A program made the position numbers and the translations under genes. From Minutocellus sp. GHC0000111 (Eukaryota): 64,000 nucleotides of DNA. Of the stretch, positions 47,693 to 61,200 are shown piece after piece. Within the stretch, counting starts at the first letter, position 1, and each line of letters begins with the position of its first letter. The notes beneath the pieces are model-generated. The model saw only the letters and a list, made by a program, of their open reading frames with translations. It made no database searches and was not told the DNA's origin. The stretch spans positions 4,092,001 through 4,156,000 of the forward strand of contig OZ361260.1 in the NCBI GenBank assembly GCA_977018835.1, read 5' to 3'.

Positions 47693-48432
47693 ATGCTCCT
47701 GCCCCACAGTTTCCCAACATCACCGGCGCCTCCACACAAAACACCAATAATTTCAACCTCTACGAATACTTTGGAGACTCATGGGGCATCGTATTCATGC
47801 ATCCCGGAGACTACACCCCGGTGTGCACCACGGAGCTCGGGGCGGCCGCCAATCTCGAGCCGGAGTTTGCCAAGCGCGGAGTCAAGCTGTGCGGTTTCTC
47901 CGTCAACAATGCCCCCTCCCACGTCGGCTGGATCAAGGACATCAAGGTGGCGACGGGACAGACGGTGGAGTTCCCTTTGATTTGCGACCCGTACCGGGAC
48001 TATGCCGTCGGCCTCGGCATCTTGGACTTTACCAACCGGGATTCCGTCGGTTTGCCCATGACGGTCCGGAGCGTGTACATTATCAAACCCGACAGGACCA
48101 TTGCTGCCATGATTACGTACCCGGCCAGTCTCGGGAGGAACTTTGACGAGATATTGCGAGCCGTGGATGGATTGCAGCGGGGCAAGGCCGGCGTGGCCTG
48201 TCCTGCCGACTGGCGGCCGGGGAATCGCTGCATTGTCAACTTTCCGCTTTCGGATGCACAGGCGGAGGAAAAGTTTGGCAAGGGTGGATTCGACATTGTC
48301 GATCTTCCCAGCGAGCGGGGTAAGAAGGACCTGAAGAAGCATTATCTTCGGTATACCAAGGACCCCTACGCCGATGCCCCCGACGAGGATGAAGGGGGTG
48401 CACGTGGCTCTGGTTTGTTTTTCTGCTGCTAA
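47693..48432 (+). CDS. PRDX6: 1-Cys peroxiredoxin (Prx6 family); start uncertain
   Basis: GDSWGIVFMHPGDYTPVCTTELG, YPASLGRNFDEILR and HYLRYT. Confidence 0.93.
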
Positions 48433-48790
48433 CGAACAAAGAATGTTATGTTTTGGGTTGACGGATGTGGAAATAGGCGCTAAACGAGCGCAACGGTATG
48501 TTACTGGCGTAGCAGTTTCGTATCTTTCAAGATAAAATGGCAATTCATCAAACGTTTATTTGGCTAAGTGAATTCTCACATGCTATATATAGCGATACCC
48601 TCCGATTATATATTGCATATATATGCATTTTAAACATACCTTCCTGTAGCACTTATGTTGGGCATAGACGATCCTTTTTGTTTAGCCTGGCAATGAAAAT
48701 TAGGCTCATGTGTACATCCAACAGCTTTTTGACACGGCATGGGAGCAATCTCTAACCGTGTAGTCTGGTGCACTTGCAGCACCAGCACAA

Positions 48791-50272
48791 TCACGAATCC
48801 AAATCCTGCACCATCAACACAGCCTGCGGCACCAAATCCCCCTCGCGCAGGGTAATCGTCGGATCCTCGTACGTTCGCTTGGGAAAGCTGGTCGACAGGG
48901 AAAAGTGGACGATGCCCACGTCGTTCTCGTGAAAGTGGACCGTCAAGAATGCCCTCACAACCTCCAGGGTATCGTCCGCTCTAAACCGTCGATCGATGCG
49001 CCGGCCGTTGGGCAACGTCAATCGGACCCGTGCCGTATCCGGCGTCCCCGCGGGCGGTTCGTCGCCGACCAAGCTCATGGCCTTGGCCAGGGCATCCTCC
49101 TTCTCCTCCCGGGCGCGCCGTTCCTTTTCTTCTCGTTCTTGCCGTTCCCGCTCCTCTCGCTCTCGTTCGGCCTGCCGTTCGGCCTCCCGGGCCCGGTCGG
49201 CCTCGAGCGCTTCTCGGTACTCCCGATCCTGCTCCTGCCGGAGGCGGGTCTCCTCCTCCCGCTGGATCCGTCGGGCCTCCCCCTCGGCCACGCTGGCGCC
49301 GTGATGATTCATCACGGTCTGGAGGTACGCCAGCAGCGTGTCCGGGGGGAGGTGGAGCAGCTTCCTACCCTGCATCCTCAGGTACACCTCGAGGGAGTAG
49401 TTTGGTCCGCCACCTCCATTGCCGTTGCCACCACCAACCGACCTACTACTGCCACTACTAGAACTGCTGCTCTTGACATTCACCAAACACGCAAACGGAA
49501 AGGCCACGGCCCCCAAGCTCTGGGCCAGGTGCTGCCCGTCGGCGCCGTGTATGCTGGCCCCAAAGCACCGCATGCCGGCGCCGCGTCCCCCCTGCGTACC
49601 TGAGCTCATGGCCTCCAGGTCGTTGAGGTAGCGGATCATCCTTGAATTGGCCAGGGTGTTGCGGCAAAAGGCGGCGCAGTCGGGATGGTGCGGGGAGTGC
49701 AGGTAGACGAGGAGGAGGGGACCGGACCCGGGGGCTGCGGAGGTCGACGCCACGTCCGACAGGGTGGCGCGGTATCCCGACGTGGAGAAGGGGTTGGGCG
49801 GCGGTTGCGATTGCGACGAATTGTCGGATGAAGATGCGGAAGAGGTCAGACAATTGCTGCGAAACGACGCGACAAAGTCCCGGGCCGCCCGGTCCGACGC
49901 CGTGGAGGACGTGAGGCCATCGTACGGACCGGATGGGAAGGCAATTTGCGCCAGCTTGCGGAGGGGGTACGCGAGGAGCTTCACGAGCAGATGGAGAAGA
50001 AGGAGGAGCTTGGTGAGTACACTGCTGCAACTGCTGCCACTGCTGCCGCTGCCGCGACTGCCGTTGTCACTGGTACCAACGCAGACGCCGACAGTGGCCG
50101 ATGCCGGAGAAGCTGCCGCCGAAGAGGTGGCTCCGGCTCCTCCTCCTGCTGCAGATGTCGTCACCGCGGCAGTCCTTTGCCGGGCACCGGTGGTACCGCC
50201 GCCGGCGCCGCTGCCACCAGAAGCGGCATTGGAGGAGCTGCCACCCAGCAAAGGATTGGTGTCTTCCTGCAT
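48791..50272 (-). CDS. UAS + UBX domain p97 adaptor (FAF2/UBXD8-like)
   Basis: Hydrophobic hairpin, LLLVYLHSP.H...FC, coiled coil LRQEQDREY, and UBX with R and FPKR motifs. Confidence 0.9.
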   Translation of the reverse strand: MQEDTNPLLGGSSSNAASGGSGAGGGTTGARQRTAAVTTSAAGGGAGATSSAAASPASATVGVCVGTSDNGSRGSGSSGSSCSSVLTKLLLLLHLLVKLLAYPLRKLAQIAFPSGPYDGLTSSTASDRAARDFVASFRSNCLTSSASSSDNSSQSQPPPNPFSTSGYRATLSDVASTSAAPGSGPLLLVYLHSPHHPDCAAFCRNTLANSRMIRYLNDLEAMSSGTQGGRGAGMRCFGASIHGADGQHLAQSLGAVAFPFACLVNVKSSSSSSGSSRSVGGGNGNGGGGPNYSLEVYLRMQGRKLLHLPPDTLLAYLQTVMNHHGASVAEGEARRIQREEETRLRQEQDREYREALEADRAREAERQAEREREERERQEREEKERRAREEKEDALAKAMSLVGDEPPAGTPDTARVRLTLPNGRRIDRRFRADDTLEVVRAFLTVHFHENDVGIVHFSLSTSFPKRTYEDPTITLREGDLVPQAVLMVQDLDS

Positions 50273-50786
50273 GCTGGATCTGTGGCGAGGCAGGGTTGCT
50301 GTAAGGCTTGAGGAGACCTTCGATCTGTTCGGCCGGTCCTCTCTGACGCTGGATTACGATTGAGATGATGATGGAGATCGGTCGAAAAAAGTAGAAAAGT
50401 CGAAAAGTGGGCCTGTCGTCGTCCGTCATTTCGGTCGAGTCGAGTCAGTCGATCGGTCCGAAAAAAGAGCCCGCAGTGAAGCAGTGCCTGCTGCGTAGTA
50501 GGTACGGCGACTTCCGCACGAGACTAGGGTCCTTGTCGACGCGCTTGCTTTTGTTACATGGCGAGCGAGCGATGTGAAACGCACGGCCGGATCGCCTGCG
50601 TTTTTCTTGTGCTTCTGCTTTTTCGTTTCATGGATCGATGGTTCGCGTGCTGAAAGTGGACAGATGCGCCAAAGAAAAGCGGTTCTACGACAACATAGCG
50701 CGATCTGTGGCAGCGAGATGTTTGTGATTGCCTGCTTGCCCGCTGAAAGCTGACACCATGGTGGTCTTCGGAAAATGAAGCGAAAA

Positions 50787-50906
50787 AGCAGGTGTGGCAT
50801 GTGAGTCGAACTAGTCAAGTGATTCGGACAGGTGAAGGACCTTTCTAGCATTAAAAAAATCGAAACTACTCATTTCTACGATAGCGAGTTTTTTTCTGTC
50901 CAGCTG
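50787..50906 (-). mobile_element. Solo end fragment of the CAGCTGGACAGAA TIR family
   Basis: Reverse complement aligns with 34208-~34321; followed by TA. Confidence 0.75.
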
Positions 50907-51574
50907 TAGTCATTCCTGTCTAAGTGCAAATGCACAAAGTTGGCTTTGCAAAAAGAAGTTTGTTGACAAACACTAAAAATCATGCGAGAAAGACGAGACG
51001 ATTGTGATGAACCAAGACCACTCCGCCTTGGAACGGCGATCTTGTAGCGATCTTGGACAGTTTCATCTACGATGCTGCTGAGCCAAGCATGCTGCACTTT
51101 GCACAGCATCAATGCTCAACGCGCTACTTGTCTCGGACAGATGACTAAGATGCCGTCGTTTCTGTTTGTGCCAAGATGACAACAGAAAGAAACATCGGCT
51201 TCTCCAACTCCCGCGTTGTGACGAAACGCGACGACACCACAAAGCAGGCCTAAAACCACGGAGAGCTCTCCGTGCTGACTGCGCCCCGTTGTCTTTCTGC
51301 GGGTCAGGCAGCGCAGAAAACTGTCTTTCTGCGGGTCAACGCATGCGGTTGAGGCCAATGTGCGTGCGGTGCCGCTGTCATCACATGCACAGTGGCCTAC
51401 GGAAACGGCACGTGCACAGCAGCTGCTCTTTTCTCTCTCCGTGACTGTGTGATGAGCAAAACGCTGCCCGCATCACAACAGGCCAGGTCAGCCCATAGTC
51501 TCACATCAATCAATTGAATCCATCAATTACATCCATCAAACCAACCAATCAACCAAACCCTCCAACTAAAAACA

Positions 51575-51904
51575 ATGTGCCTCAGCAACAAACGTCCCTC
51601 CAAGTCCAGTACTGATGCTGCCACGACAAAGATTGCCAAGACCACCGTCGCAACAAGCCCAAGCACCTGCATCCCAAAGTCAGGATGTAGGCCTACTTCG
51701 CCGATGCCGGAATACTACGAGTACCTCAAGGACGCACCATCCACAAACTCAAGGCCCATTCGAAGAAGGAAGAGAACCAACGCTGGCAACAACAGTACTC
51801 CACTCCTCGTCAATCGTGACGGATGTCACATTCTTGCTTTGGCGGATGAGATCGAGAGGATGGTCCAAGAGCAGATTGAGCGAGAGCAGAGAGAACGGGC
51901 CTAA
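51575..51904 (+). CDS. Small hypothetical protein
   Basis: ATG after a C/A-rich leader (AAACAATG); 109 aa. Confidence 0.45.
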   Translation: MCLSNKRPSKSSTDAATTKIAKTTVATSPSTCIPKSGCRPTSPMPEYYEYLKDAPSTNSRPIRRRKRTNAGNNSTPLLVNRDGCHILALADEIERMVQEQIEREQRERA

Positions 51905-52305
51905 CAAGAAAGAAGACACCAGAATGTGACTGAGATCCTTGAGATTCGCAGAAAGAAAGATATCCCCGTCTGAAATGAACATATATCTTGAGCTCTTGCC
52001 GTTAGGCATACACTGTAGTATTACCTTGCATATATAATTCCATTATTTATCAAACGCTTCTAACTTTATGCTTCAGCCGCTCAAGGGCCAGTCAGTCGTA
52101 TACATATGCGGCGACTTGACATTGGTTCCTGAATAGATGTAGAAAGTGCACGTATGAATCGGCCTACAGCTATGATGATGTGCATGTTTGATATCTCTCA
52201 AGAATGTCGTAAAGTAATAAATTATTCTGTCTGCGCATTCTTCTTCTGGGCAGATCAGATAGATGGCAAATCTGATGCAATGTAAAAAACACTAGTCAAA
52301 ACCGC

Positions 52306-54008
52306 TCAGAAGACCACAGGCTCGAAAGAGCTCGGACCGAGGAAGGCGCCGAGCAGTTCCGCTGTCCGTTTCGGCGTCATAGTCGCGGAAAAATTGCAAA
52401 AGCTAGACCAATGAGTTAACCAAAGCTCGTTGGATTGGGGACGAGGATCACATTCGAAAGGGCAATCGGTGAGATCGAACAGCCCAGCGACGCTCTTGAC
52501 ATAAGGCTTGGAATCGATATCGATGAACTCAGAGTGATGGTATGCTAGAGAAGAACTACCACGGTGATTCTGAAAGTTCAGAACAAGAGCACCCGTGTAT
52601 CGGTCGGGCCCTTCTTCTTCATCGGATTCTTCATCAAAATCAGCATTATCTCGGCCTTTCATATGCTGCTGGACACGTGTCGAATGAAGGTAGTCGCGAT
52701 TGAAAACATTTACTACCGACGGTGCATTCTTCCCGTCGTAATGAATGAGTCGCAGAGTCACCTCAAATAGGCCAGAGAGGGAATCGTAATCAGGATCTCC
52801 ACAGGCTCCAAAGCCGATCTCTTCCCTTGCATCTTGTGTGTTCTTGGAAAAAGCGAGGCCAGGCAGTTCCCCCTCTTTGATCTTCATGCGGCCATACGAG
52901 TCCTTCTCGAAGCCAAACATTTTATCTCCCAAAATAGGATCGGTGAGAAGAAGTCCTGAATTGACCTTTGTCGTATCCCCGTACTGGATCCTAATCTGAG
53001 CCTTGGCACCGCAATCAGGACAGGAGCACTTGCCAGCATGGGGCTTCATCCCATCAATAACATCCTTGTATTGTTCCAGATGAGGAAACTCGGACAGGAC
53101 CGGCCCGACGCTATGGTTGCCAAGCCCATCGATCCACATGTTCAACGGCGTTCCGTCCTCCAGAGCCAGTTTCCTCCCGCCCTTGCCTGTGATTTCCAGC
53201 AGGAAGTAGTGATCCGGCCCCGGCGCAGTCCTTCGCAGCTCGTCGACGAAGTAGCGGAACTTGTCCTTGCGGATGTGTCCCCCGTTTGGTCCAGTGCTCC
53301 CGGCTGCGTTCGCTTTGGTCCAGCATCGAACCGCACCAACCGCGGCGGCAGGACGGGCCGCAGCTCCTGCGACACGAGGGACGGCAGCACTTCGGAACCC
53401 GCCTGGCCCCATGCCTTGCAGGTGGTGAAGTACTTGACGGCCTGCTTGGACGGGAGCAGCGGCAGGGCGAAGGGGATGGCCGATGTTAGGTCGGGCCCGG
53501 CTGCGTGTGGTTGCTCTGGATCGGTCTCATCTGATTCTTCGGCAGGTCGGCGAAGAGGAGGAGCATCTTGGGGACGACGATCGGTGTCATTCCCGGCGTC
53601 ATCGTCGCCATTGATCTCTCCTGCAGTATCTTGAGGTGGCTCGCCGCTACCCCCGGCGTCACCACCCCGCACCTTCGGCTCGGTCATACTAGTGCCAGCA
53701 CCGGTAGAAATGACCTTTGCCTCCGACGGCGTGGCATCAATATCAGCAGCGGTAGTATTAGTATTAGCAGTCTCGGCCCCAGCAGAGGATACCTCCGTCG
53801 CCGCCGCCGCACGCCTGTCCTTGTCTCCACGGCGCAGCTTGATCGTATCGCGCTGCTTGATCTTGGCCTTAGCCTCGTCCTTCTTGCCTTGGTCGGCACG
53901 TCGTGTCGACTCCGAGGAGGACGACGACAAGAATGAGGCATTTTGCTGCTGCTGCCGTTTGGGGCCGGGGCCGTTATTGGAAATCGGCCTGCCCAGTGAG
54001 TTGCCCAT
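52306..54008 (-). CDS. Hypothetical protein with MGNS myristoylation-like start; one frameshift near 53280
   Basis: Two overlapping long ORFs join at a C-run; globular C-terminal half with CxCxxC. Confidence 0.55.
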
Positions 54009-54289
54009 GTTTGATGTGCAATCGAAATGCAACCGTCTATTCGAAGATACCAGCTATGCCAACAGCAGTTCAAGCTCGCGGCGCTCCCTCAACGCAACGC
54101 CGTCTCCAGCACCGCCGCTTCCTTCTTGGCTCCCAAAATGCCGGCGTGCTGGCCGAGTTTAGAGTCCCAATATTGCGGTCATTCAAAGGCCTTAACGCAC
54201 GCAACGGAGGCGTCAAAGCAAGGCAGTCATCAATCAAAGCCGGTCGGTGCATTGATAAAACAAGGAAGCCACGAGCCCGAGAGGTTGCC

Positions 54290-55903
54290 ATGCCAAAGAA
54301 GAGCAGGCGCAGGGCCAACAAGGCCAGTGGTGGTAGCAGTGGCAGAGCCGTGGGAGGCGGCGCGGGTGCTGATACGGCCGCTGACGATGCGAACAAGGGG
54401 GCCGCCAAAATTTTCGACCATGAGAACAATTATGGGGCTGCTGGTGGGGATGATGCGGGCGGTATCTTGACTGCTGGTGCCGTCACAATGTTTGCCCGGT
54501 GCGGTGACATGAGCGCCCGGGCCTTTCAAAGGAAGGAGGCGCCGATTCTTCAGATCTCCGAGGAAATTTGCGTCGCCAAGGACAAGGACTTCCCCTTGTT
54601 CAGCTTCGTCGTGTCCGACGGCGATCGTTGCATGACGGCGTGCCTTCACCTCGACAAGGACACCCATTGCGGCGGTGCATGGAAAATTATTACCGAAAAG
54701 AAGGCGGTCTTGTATTCGGCTATTCGACTTCTGCAATGCTTCACCTTCTAAGGCAAGCTTTACGAAAGCGATGCGCCATCGACAGTATTGGTCCTGGCGG
54801 ATATTGAGGTTGTCGAGAGAGATGTTGGGCGAATGATTGGAAACCCGATCCCCATCGGTGATCCTTCTCTGTCGGAGATGCCCGCTCCTCCTTCCGTTGA
54901 GGCCTATCCCTATGCTAAGAAGCTCGGGCTTGCAAAAGCATATCACTCCAAGGCGTCGAGACTGTTTGATGAGGGGAAAGGAGATGTCAAGGCAGCACTC
55001 GAGTGCCTTACCGACTTCTTTCGCTTCCCCCGAGAGCAGACCGATCCCTTTCGACCCACGATGCTAATGGCATGGCGCACGATGACTGTAATATCGAGTT
55101 TCGAAGATGAAAAGAAGAGAGGTGTCACATACGCGATGTCGCATATTAAATTCCTTACACCTCCGTTCATGAAGTTGATGCGAGGACTATCGTCTGAAGA
55201 AGGAGGAGAAGCACTACCTGTGCTTGCATTGGCAAACTACGTTCTAGGTATACCCTTTCCAGAGTTTTCGGTGTCTGATTTGATATTGAAGAAAACGAAG
55301 TACCTGCGCAGATCCTCTGTCCTTGGGGATGAGTGCAACCTCGCTGAGCTGGCTCCTCTCTATGATTCTGTGACGGGATCATCTCCTGGCAAAGGCCAGA
55401 TGGTCATTACCAGCATGTCCCGCGAAAGCAACCATTATTTGGAATACTGCGTAGGACCCCCTCAACTACAAGTTTCTTCCATCTTTGAAATGACCGGACC
55501 TAATTTTGTTCCATTTTTCCAGACTGTCGGTGGAAATTTCTGTGACTGCTGTGGCAAATCCGCCCAGGACGCAAATCTTTCGGTCTTGTTCAAATGCAAG
55601 GCGTGCCGACTTGCCTGGTATTGCTCGAAATCTTGTCAATCCAAATGCTGGGCGAAAGGGCATCGGAGTTACTGCCAAAAGTTTGGGCACATTGAGAAGG
55701 GTGATACGGTCATGTTATCGCGTCTAAAGAAACGATCCGAAATAAATGGGACGCTGGTCAGGATCGAGGAGTTGCTAGGTTCGGGTGGAAGAGCCGCGGT
55801 TCAGGTTTTGAAACCTGAATCATCTTCATTGAAGGTTGGGATGAAACTCTCCATCAAGCTGGAGAATCTGAGGCACCATCGACTTGAAGTAACACGTAGC
55901 TAG
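54290..55903 (+). CDS. MYND zinc finger protein; one frameshift near 54740
   Basis: CDCC...CKAC..AWYCSKSCQSKCW..GH...C followed by an SH3-like GD.V.L..L.....NG motif. Confidence 0.75.
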
Positions 55904-56007
55904 TAGTGCCTTGGGTGTATCACTAGCTAGTATGTGATTACTGCACATGCATAATTCTGCTACTCGCTCTACATGTAATTGAAGATTAGTTGTGTCTCAG
56001 TGCAACA

Positions 56008-59000
56008 TCATTGTGCCACGCTCGAAAGTAGGGACAGAATATCCTCAACCTTTCTATGTGCTCCCCATGCTTGGTATAAGTCCTTCGACTGCTCCAAATA
56101 CTTCCGCGCTTGGCCGATGTTTCCCTGCTCGAGGTGGAACACAGATGCACATTCGTTGGCGAGGGCTTCCTCATTGATGAAACGGTGCTCCTTGGCAGCC
56201 TCGATTGCCCTGTCGTAGGAGGCAGCGGCAATGTCCAGATTGCCATCGGTGAAAGCCTTCTCGGCTTTCAGAAGAAGGTACTTCTGTTGGAAATTCCACT
56301 TGGAATCATTCTCACATAAATCCTTCATCTCGTTCATCAATTTGTCTCCGGTGGTCTGCCAAAGTTTAGTCTTTCCGTTGAGACGCATGATTGAATACGC
56401 AGCGAGGGCAAGATAAAACGTTTCGAGCAGGAGCTCAAATGAAGGATATACGTCGCCTCCGCTATCCAGCAAATGGCCTTTCACATTCAAGGCAACTTCC
56501 AGTACAACATCGTGTCGTCGGAACACAAAGCCGAGGTATAGGCGGGCAAAATCGACCTTCCGCACTAGCCGGGAATAGAACATATTTGACTGCGGCAAAA
56601 TAGACAGGATATCATTCTGATCGGTCGCATCCCCTTGTAAGCTTGTTGGGTCGTTGGAAGTAGACGTGATGAGATTCAACGTGATTTGGAGATAAATCGT
56701 CGGCATAAAGAAATTAGGGTGCCCACAAGATTTGAGATTCCGTTGGCATTCAATTAGTTTCTCTGTAGCATCTTGCAATGTATTTGCTGGAACAAAGTGG
56801 TGCATGGAGGAAATGTGAGAATGGCATAGAAGGACGACGCTCACATCCCCAACAGATTTGGCATCGCGTGTGGTCCTTTCAAATGAATCCAAACAAGCAC
56901 GGCTGCCGGTAAGGCCAAATCGATATGGCCAATGCCAAACCAAGGGACTGAGAGTATGCGCCATGAAACTTGTCAAGCAACGCCAGCGCTGTCTGAGCAC
57001 AGCCGAACGGTCACGCAACCCTTCTTTGCACAATAAGTTAGAGTAAGCGGCAAAGGCAAAGGAAGCCTCTTTGGTCATTGGCCTCTCCATTGTTATCTGA
57101 ACCATTCGGAAAACAACAAGAGGAAAGAAGTCGGGCTTTGTCACATAGAAGATCTGACATAAACCGAAGAGAAATCGCATTGTAACCCTGAGAGTACTGG
57201 TACTGTTCGTTTCGGATATTGGCCTTGTCATTAAGTCGACCGAGCGCAAAGGCAGGATCAGGTTTTCTGTATTCATAAGTTCGGCTCTTATTGTTCCCGA
57301 ATCGATGCGGGAGCCAAGCGGTGGCAGTCGGACACCTAGATCCTGAAGAACACATAAAGCCTTTGGACAAGCGTCCTGTATCTTCCCCTGTGTATACAAA
57401 GCAATGTAAATAGTGAAATGGGCATCCAACTTGTCATGCAAACATCTCCCGTGCAAAATGACGACATCGGCCGCTATCAAAGCGCCGTCAGTATCTCCGT
57501 GGGCCAATTGAGCTTCCGCACAAGCAGAGAATATCTCGAGACAATGATTGTAACTCTCTTCCCAATCTTCATCAGAAAGCAATGCGCAGCCTTGGCGTAG
57601 GTACGATGATGCCTCAACAAAAGAGCATGATTCCATCGCTAATCGACCTACTTGCAGATTCAGCTCGGTCAGTCTCAATCTTTCTTCGTGAGATTGTATG
57701 AGGATAGATCCGCGATTCATTTGGTCGACGATTAATTGCAGATGAACATCCAAAGTCTCTTCAGAGCTTTGCTTTGCAGCGCGAAGCATCTGCCGCCCAA
57801 TAATCAGATGCAATGCTTCTCGTTCTGCTGCCGGGGTCAACGAGATTGCCGCCTCCCATATACTATCATGAGCAAAGCGAAGCTCTGCCTTGTCGATACA
57901 GACCAGCCCATCCTCGACGATAGCGTCAACATGGGCCAAGATACTGCTGCCATCACCACCGCCTTCACCACCGGCTTGAAAGGTTTTGAGGGCCAAAGCA
58001 TCAAACCGTCTTCCCATAAGAGCTGCAACTTGCAGCACTTGTTGTACATCCGAATCATACTGAGACATTCTTTCGAGTAAGAACGATACTGCGCTATCAG
58101 GAACGTTCTTGGCTCGAATGACACTGGTATTCCACTGCCATCGACGTGCGCTCGGGGAATACTGGAGGAGTCGCTCATCACAAAACGACTGAAGTAGCTG
58201 CTTCGCAAAATTTGGATTTCCGCCCGTTTTCTTATACACCTCCCTTGCGAGCGGAGCCGTTATGCGAGGCAGTAGATGTAGTGTTTCGCTCACGAACTCG
58301 TTTAAGGCGTCCTTGTCCATGCCTCCCTGGAAGATATGCCACATCGGTACCCCTGCCAATGTGATATCTGCCAATAGCTCTGGCAGAGGGTGGGCAGCCA
58401 AAACTTCATTGTCTCGATAGCAGCCTACAAAAAGGCACGAACTTGTCTCGGCATCCTTGACGATCTTGGTGAAGAGATCCAATGATTCACTATCAGCCCA
58501 CTGAAGATCATCAAAGAAGATCACGACGGGATGTGAAGGCGCCGATATTGCTCTGATGAACTCTTGTAGACAAAGGAGGAGGAGATGGTACTTATTCTCG
58601 TTCTCTATGTTCGGTAGCGGACTGGAATCTCCCACTAATGCCCAGAGGTTTGGCATTTGGATGCGTAAAATGTTGCTCGCAGTACCAAGAGCAGTCTTGA
58701 CGCCTTCGCCGACTTCAGCAAGGAGACCAAGATCTCCTTGTAAGTCGTAGCAGTAATGATCAAATGCACGGAATATTGATGTCATAGACTGGTTGTCTTT
58801 CTTCTCAAACTTTACTTGGACCATCTTCCCACGGAGTTGACCAAGTGGACCGCAAAGAGTATTCACAAGAGACGTCTGGAGAGAAGAGGAAAGGCATTTT
58901 TACCAACGAAGAAAGCGAGAAATATTAGTAAAGGGCCAATTCGCATACTTCCAAACTCTAGGATCTGCAAACTTTGACTTACCTTTCCTGTTCCAGATCG

Positions 59001-60389
59001 ACCCGAGATCAAGACCAGACCGCGACGTTCTTGGCCAGTTACAATCACACTCTGGAATGCATTAATCAATTTGTTCTGCTGCATTTGAACGCCATATAGT
59101 TCAGAAGAAACGCCCAACCTCCCCATTGAGGTATCATGAGGCGGATCAAGAAGATACATGTATTTGTCCGGATACTCGATCATCAATTGTAAATCATTGT
59201 CAACCTCACATATGGTTTGATATCTCTCAGGAGCATCTTCATCTGTAGCATCGATTAGACTTTGCACAAAGATGGATATGCTAGTGGGATAACCGAGGTC
59301 TTGAAGAGGGACACGGTCACCTTCTAAAGCTTGTCGCCCGCTTTCCACCTCCCCTCGACGGCGTTCCCGCTTTGCCAATGGTTCTTCCGAATCATCTCCA
59401 GTTCGCATGTTGACATTGGACGACGAGGTCGATCCATCACCATGCTCTTTCGCTAGCATGCTGTACAAGACTTTGCCAAGTGAGTGCAAATCGGAACAAA
59501 TTTGGTTGCTGCTCGAAGCTCCATGGTATTTCTCCCGCAGAGGCTGCACCGATTGTTGCACAGCCCTCAGGAACAGGAGAAGCTGCTGCAGATTACCATC
59601 CATAGCCAATGAAGTAGAATTCGTCCCCGATGAGGATGGCCAATTTTGGCCGACAGGGGTATGGATGGAGGCTGATGGTCCGCTCTCCTTGGGCGCACTA
59701 GCATCATTGATTGCCTGTTCGGCGGAATTCGCAGTGCCGTCTTCTTCGGTAAATTGCAGCAGTCTCGAGAAAAGCACATCGTCACCGAGCAGTTCGGTAT
59801 TCGAACTACTATTAGTCCGATCGAGATTCTGATTGGCGGTGGCTGTTCTTTTGGTATGTTCACCAAAAGCGCCGCCGCCATTGTCCCTCGCACTCGCACT
59901 GAATGACTCTTGTTCCTCTGGTTGTTCGCTGTTGGTTCTCTTCTTTTTGTCTTGGCGTTTCTTCTGCCGCAAGGCCATCTTGACCTTGGCATCAATGTCC
60001 TTGCTCGACGCGAACCGGAACATGCAATCGTCGGTCCTTGTGTCGCCGCCCTCCATCTGCAGAAAACGCGCGGGCATCGGAGGCGGTTGCAAAGATGTCG
60101 GTCCATAGGCACAGTCACCGGCGCCGCCGCTGCCACCACTCAAATTGGTGGGATCGAGGACAAGTTGCAGCACCTCATTGGCTATCTGCTGCTTGTCGGC
60201 GTAGCTGGCCGCACAGTAGTCGGCCTGCCTCTCGGAGACGATTTGGAGGAACCGGTCGTTCCCCGAATGCAAGAAGTGACCCCGGCCCATGAGGACATCG
60301 TGGGGCCGGGCGTCGCCCTTTCGCACGAGTGATCCGCTATTATTGTTATTGCTGTCGGCACCATCGGTGATGTTGTGTGCTTGCTGCAT
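56008..60389 (-). CDS. STAND-type P-loop NTPase with N-terminal DUF6824-like domain and C-terminal TPRs; intron 58982-58876
   Basis: PHDVLMGRG...GN.RF; spliced Walker A GRSGTGKT; Walker B VIFFDDLQWAD; GCYRDNEV, KTGGNP, FAHD; YQAWGA..KV. Confidence 0.85.
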
Positions 60390-60819
60390 TTTATTATGGC
60401 CTCCTGCGGAAATGGCGGGCGAAGCAGAAGGACCGGTAAACACTTACTCGTATTATTTGCTGGTGCTGATGCTGCTGTTCCTCGGCATTCAGCTGGAGCC
60501 CCCGGTCACGGCACAAGAACGTTGATGCCAACAAGGGGTCTTCAAACCAGACAGGAACCAAGGCAACGTTTTGCGTTGAGTACTGCAGTACAAGCACACA
60601 AGGCAAGCACATACGAAGTGCGTCGGAGCCAAAATGTAAAGCGCGGGATTTTGGCTTTCTCGCGAAAGAAACCCGGAGATTCAACGTCACCGCAGAAGCG
60701 AAGACAACCGCGCCCATCCACACCGGCAGCAGATGTAGCCTCGAAGAAACCTATGTGCGGTAACATGTAACGTGAAAAGCCAGTGTGTGTTGATAACATG
60801 CATTCTATAGTATAATATG

Positions 60820-61200
60820 TTAAAGATCTAAGCCGAATTTGGGGCTGGAGGAGGGATTGTCTTGCCATCCTTCCTTGCCATCCCCCCTGCCTCTCGGTTT
60901 CATAGAAATCCTTCCTCCCCGCACATCACAAGACAAGCTGCCCTCCTTACCAACAAAACTATTACCTCCGCGCTCCTTCTTTACCTTCTTAATAAGCCGA
61001 GACATGTGAATAAAGGTAGCTGCAATTTTCGACTCCTCATGCTGACAAAAGACAGCATCGGCAGACCTCCAAATCTCATCTTTTCTTTCAAAACACACTC
61101 CAAGCCCATTCCACTGTCTGGCAAGGTCAGCATGCCTCTTGCTCATAACAGGGAACATGCCAAGGTCAAGGACATTAGCGTGTGGAACTTTTGGCGACCA
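60820..61200 (-). pseudogene. C-terminal fragment of a mariner-like transposase related to 4112-5755
   Basis: PHANVLDLGMFPVMSKRH, DEIW..A, KIAATFI and GGNSFVG. Confidence 0.75.
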
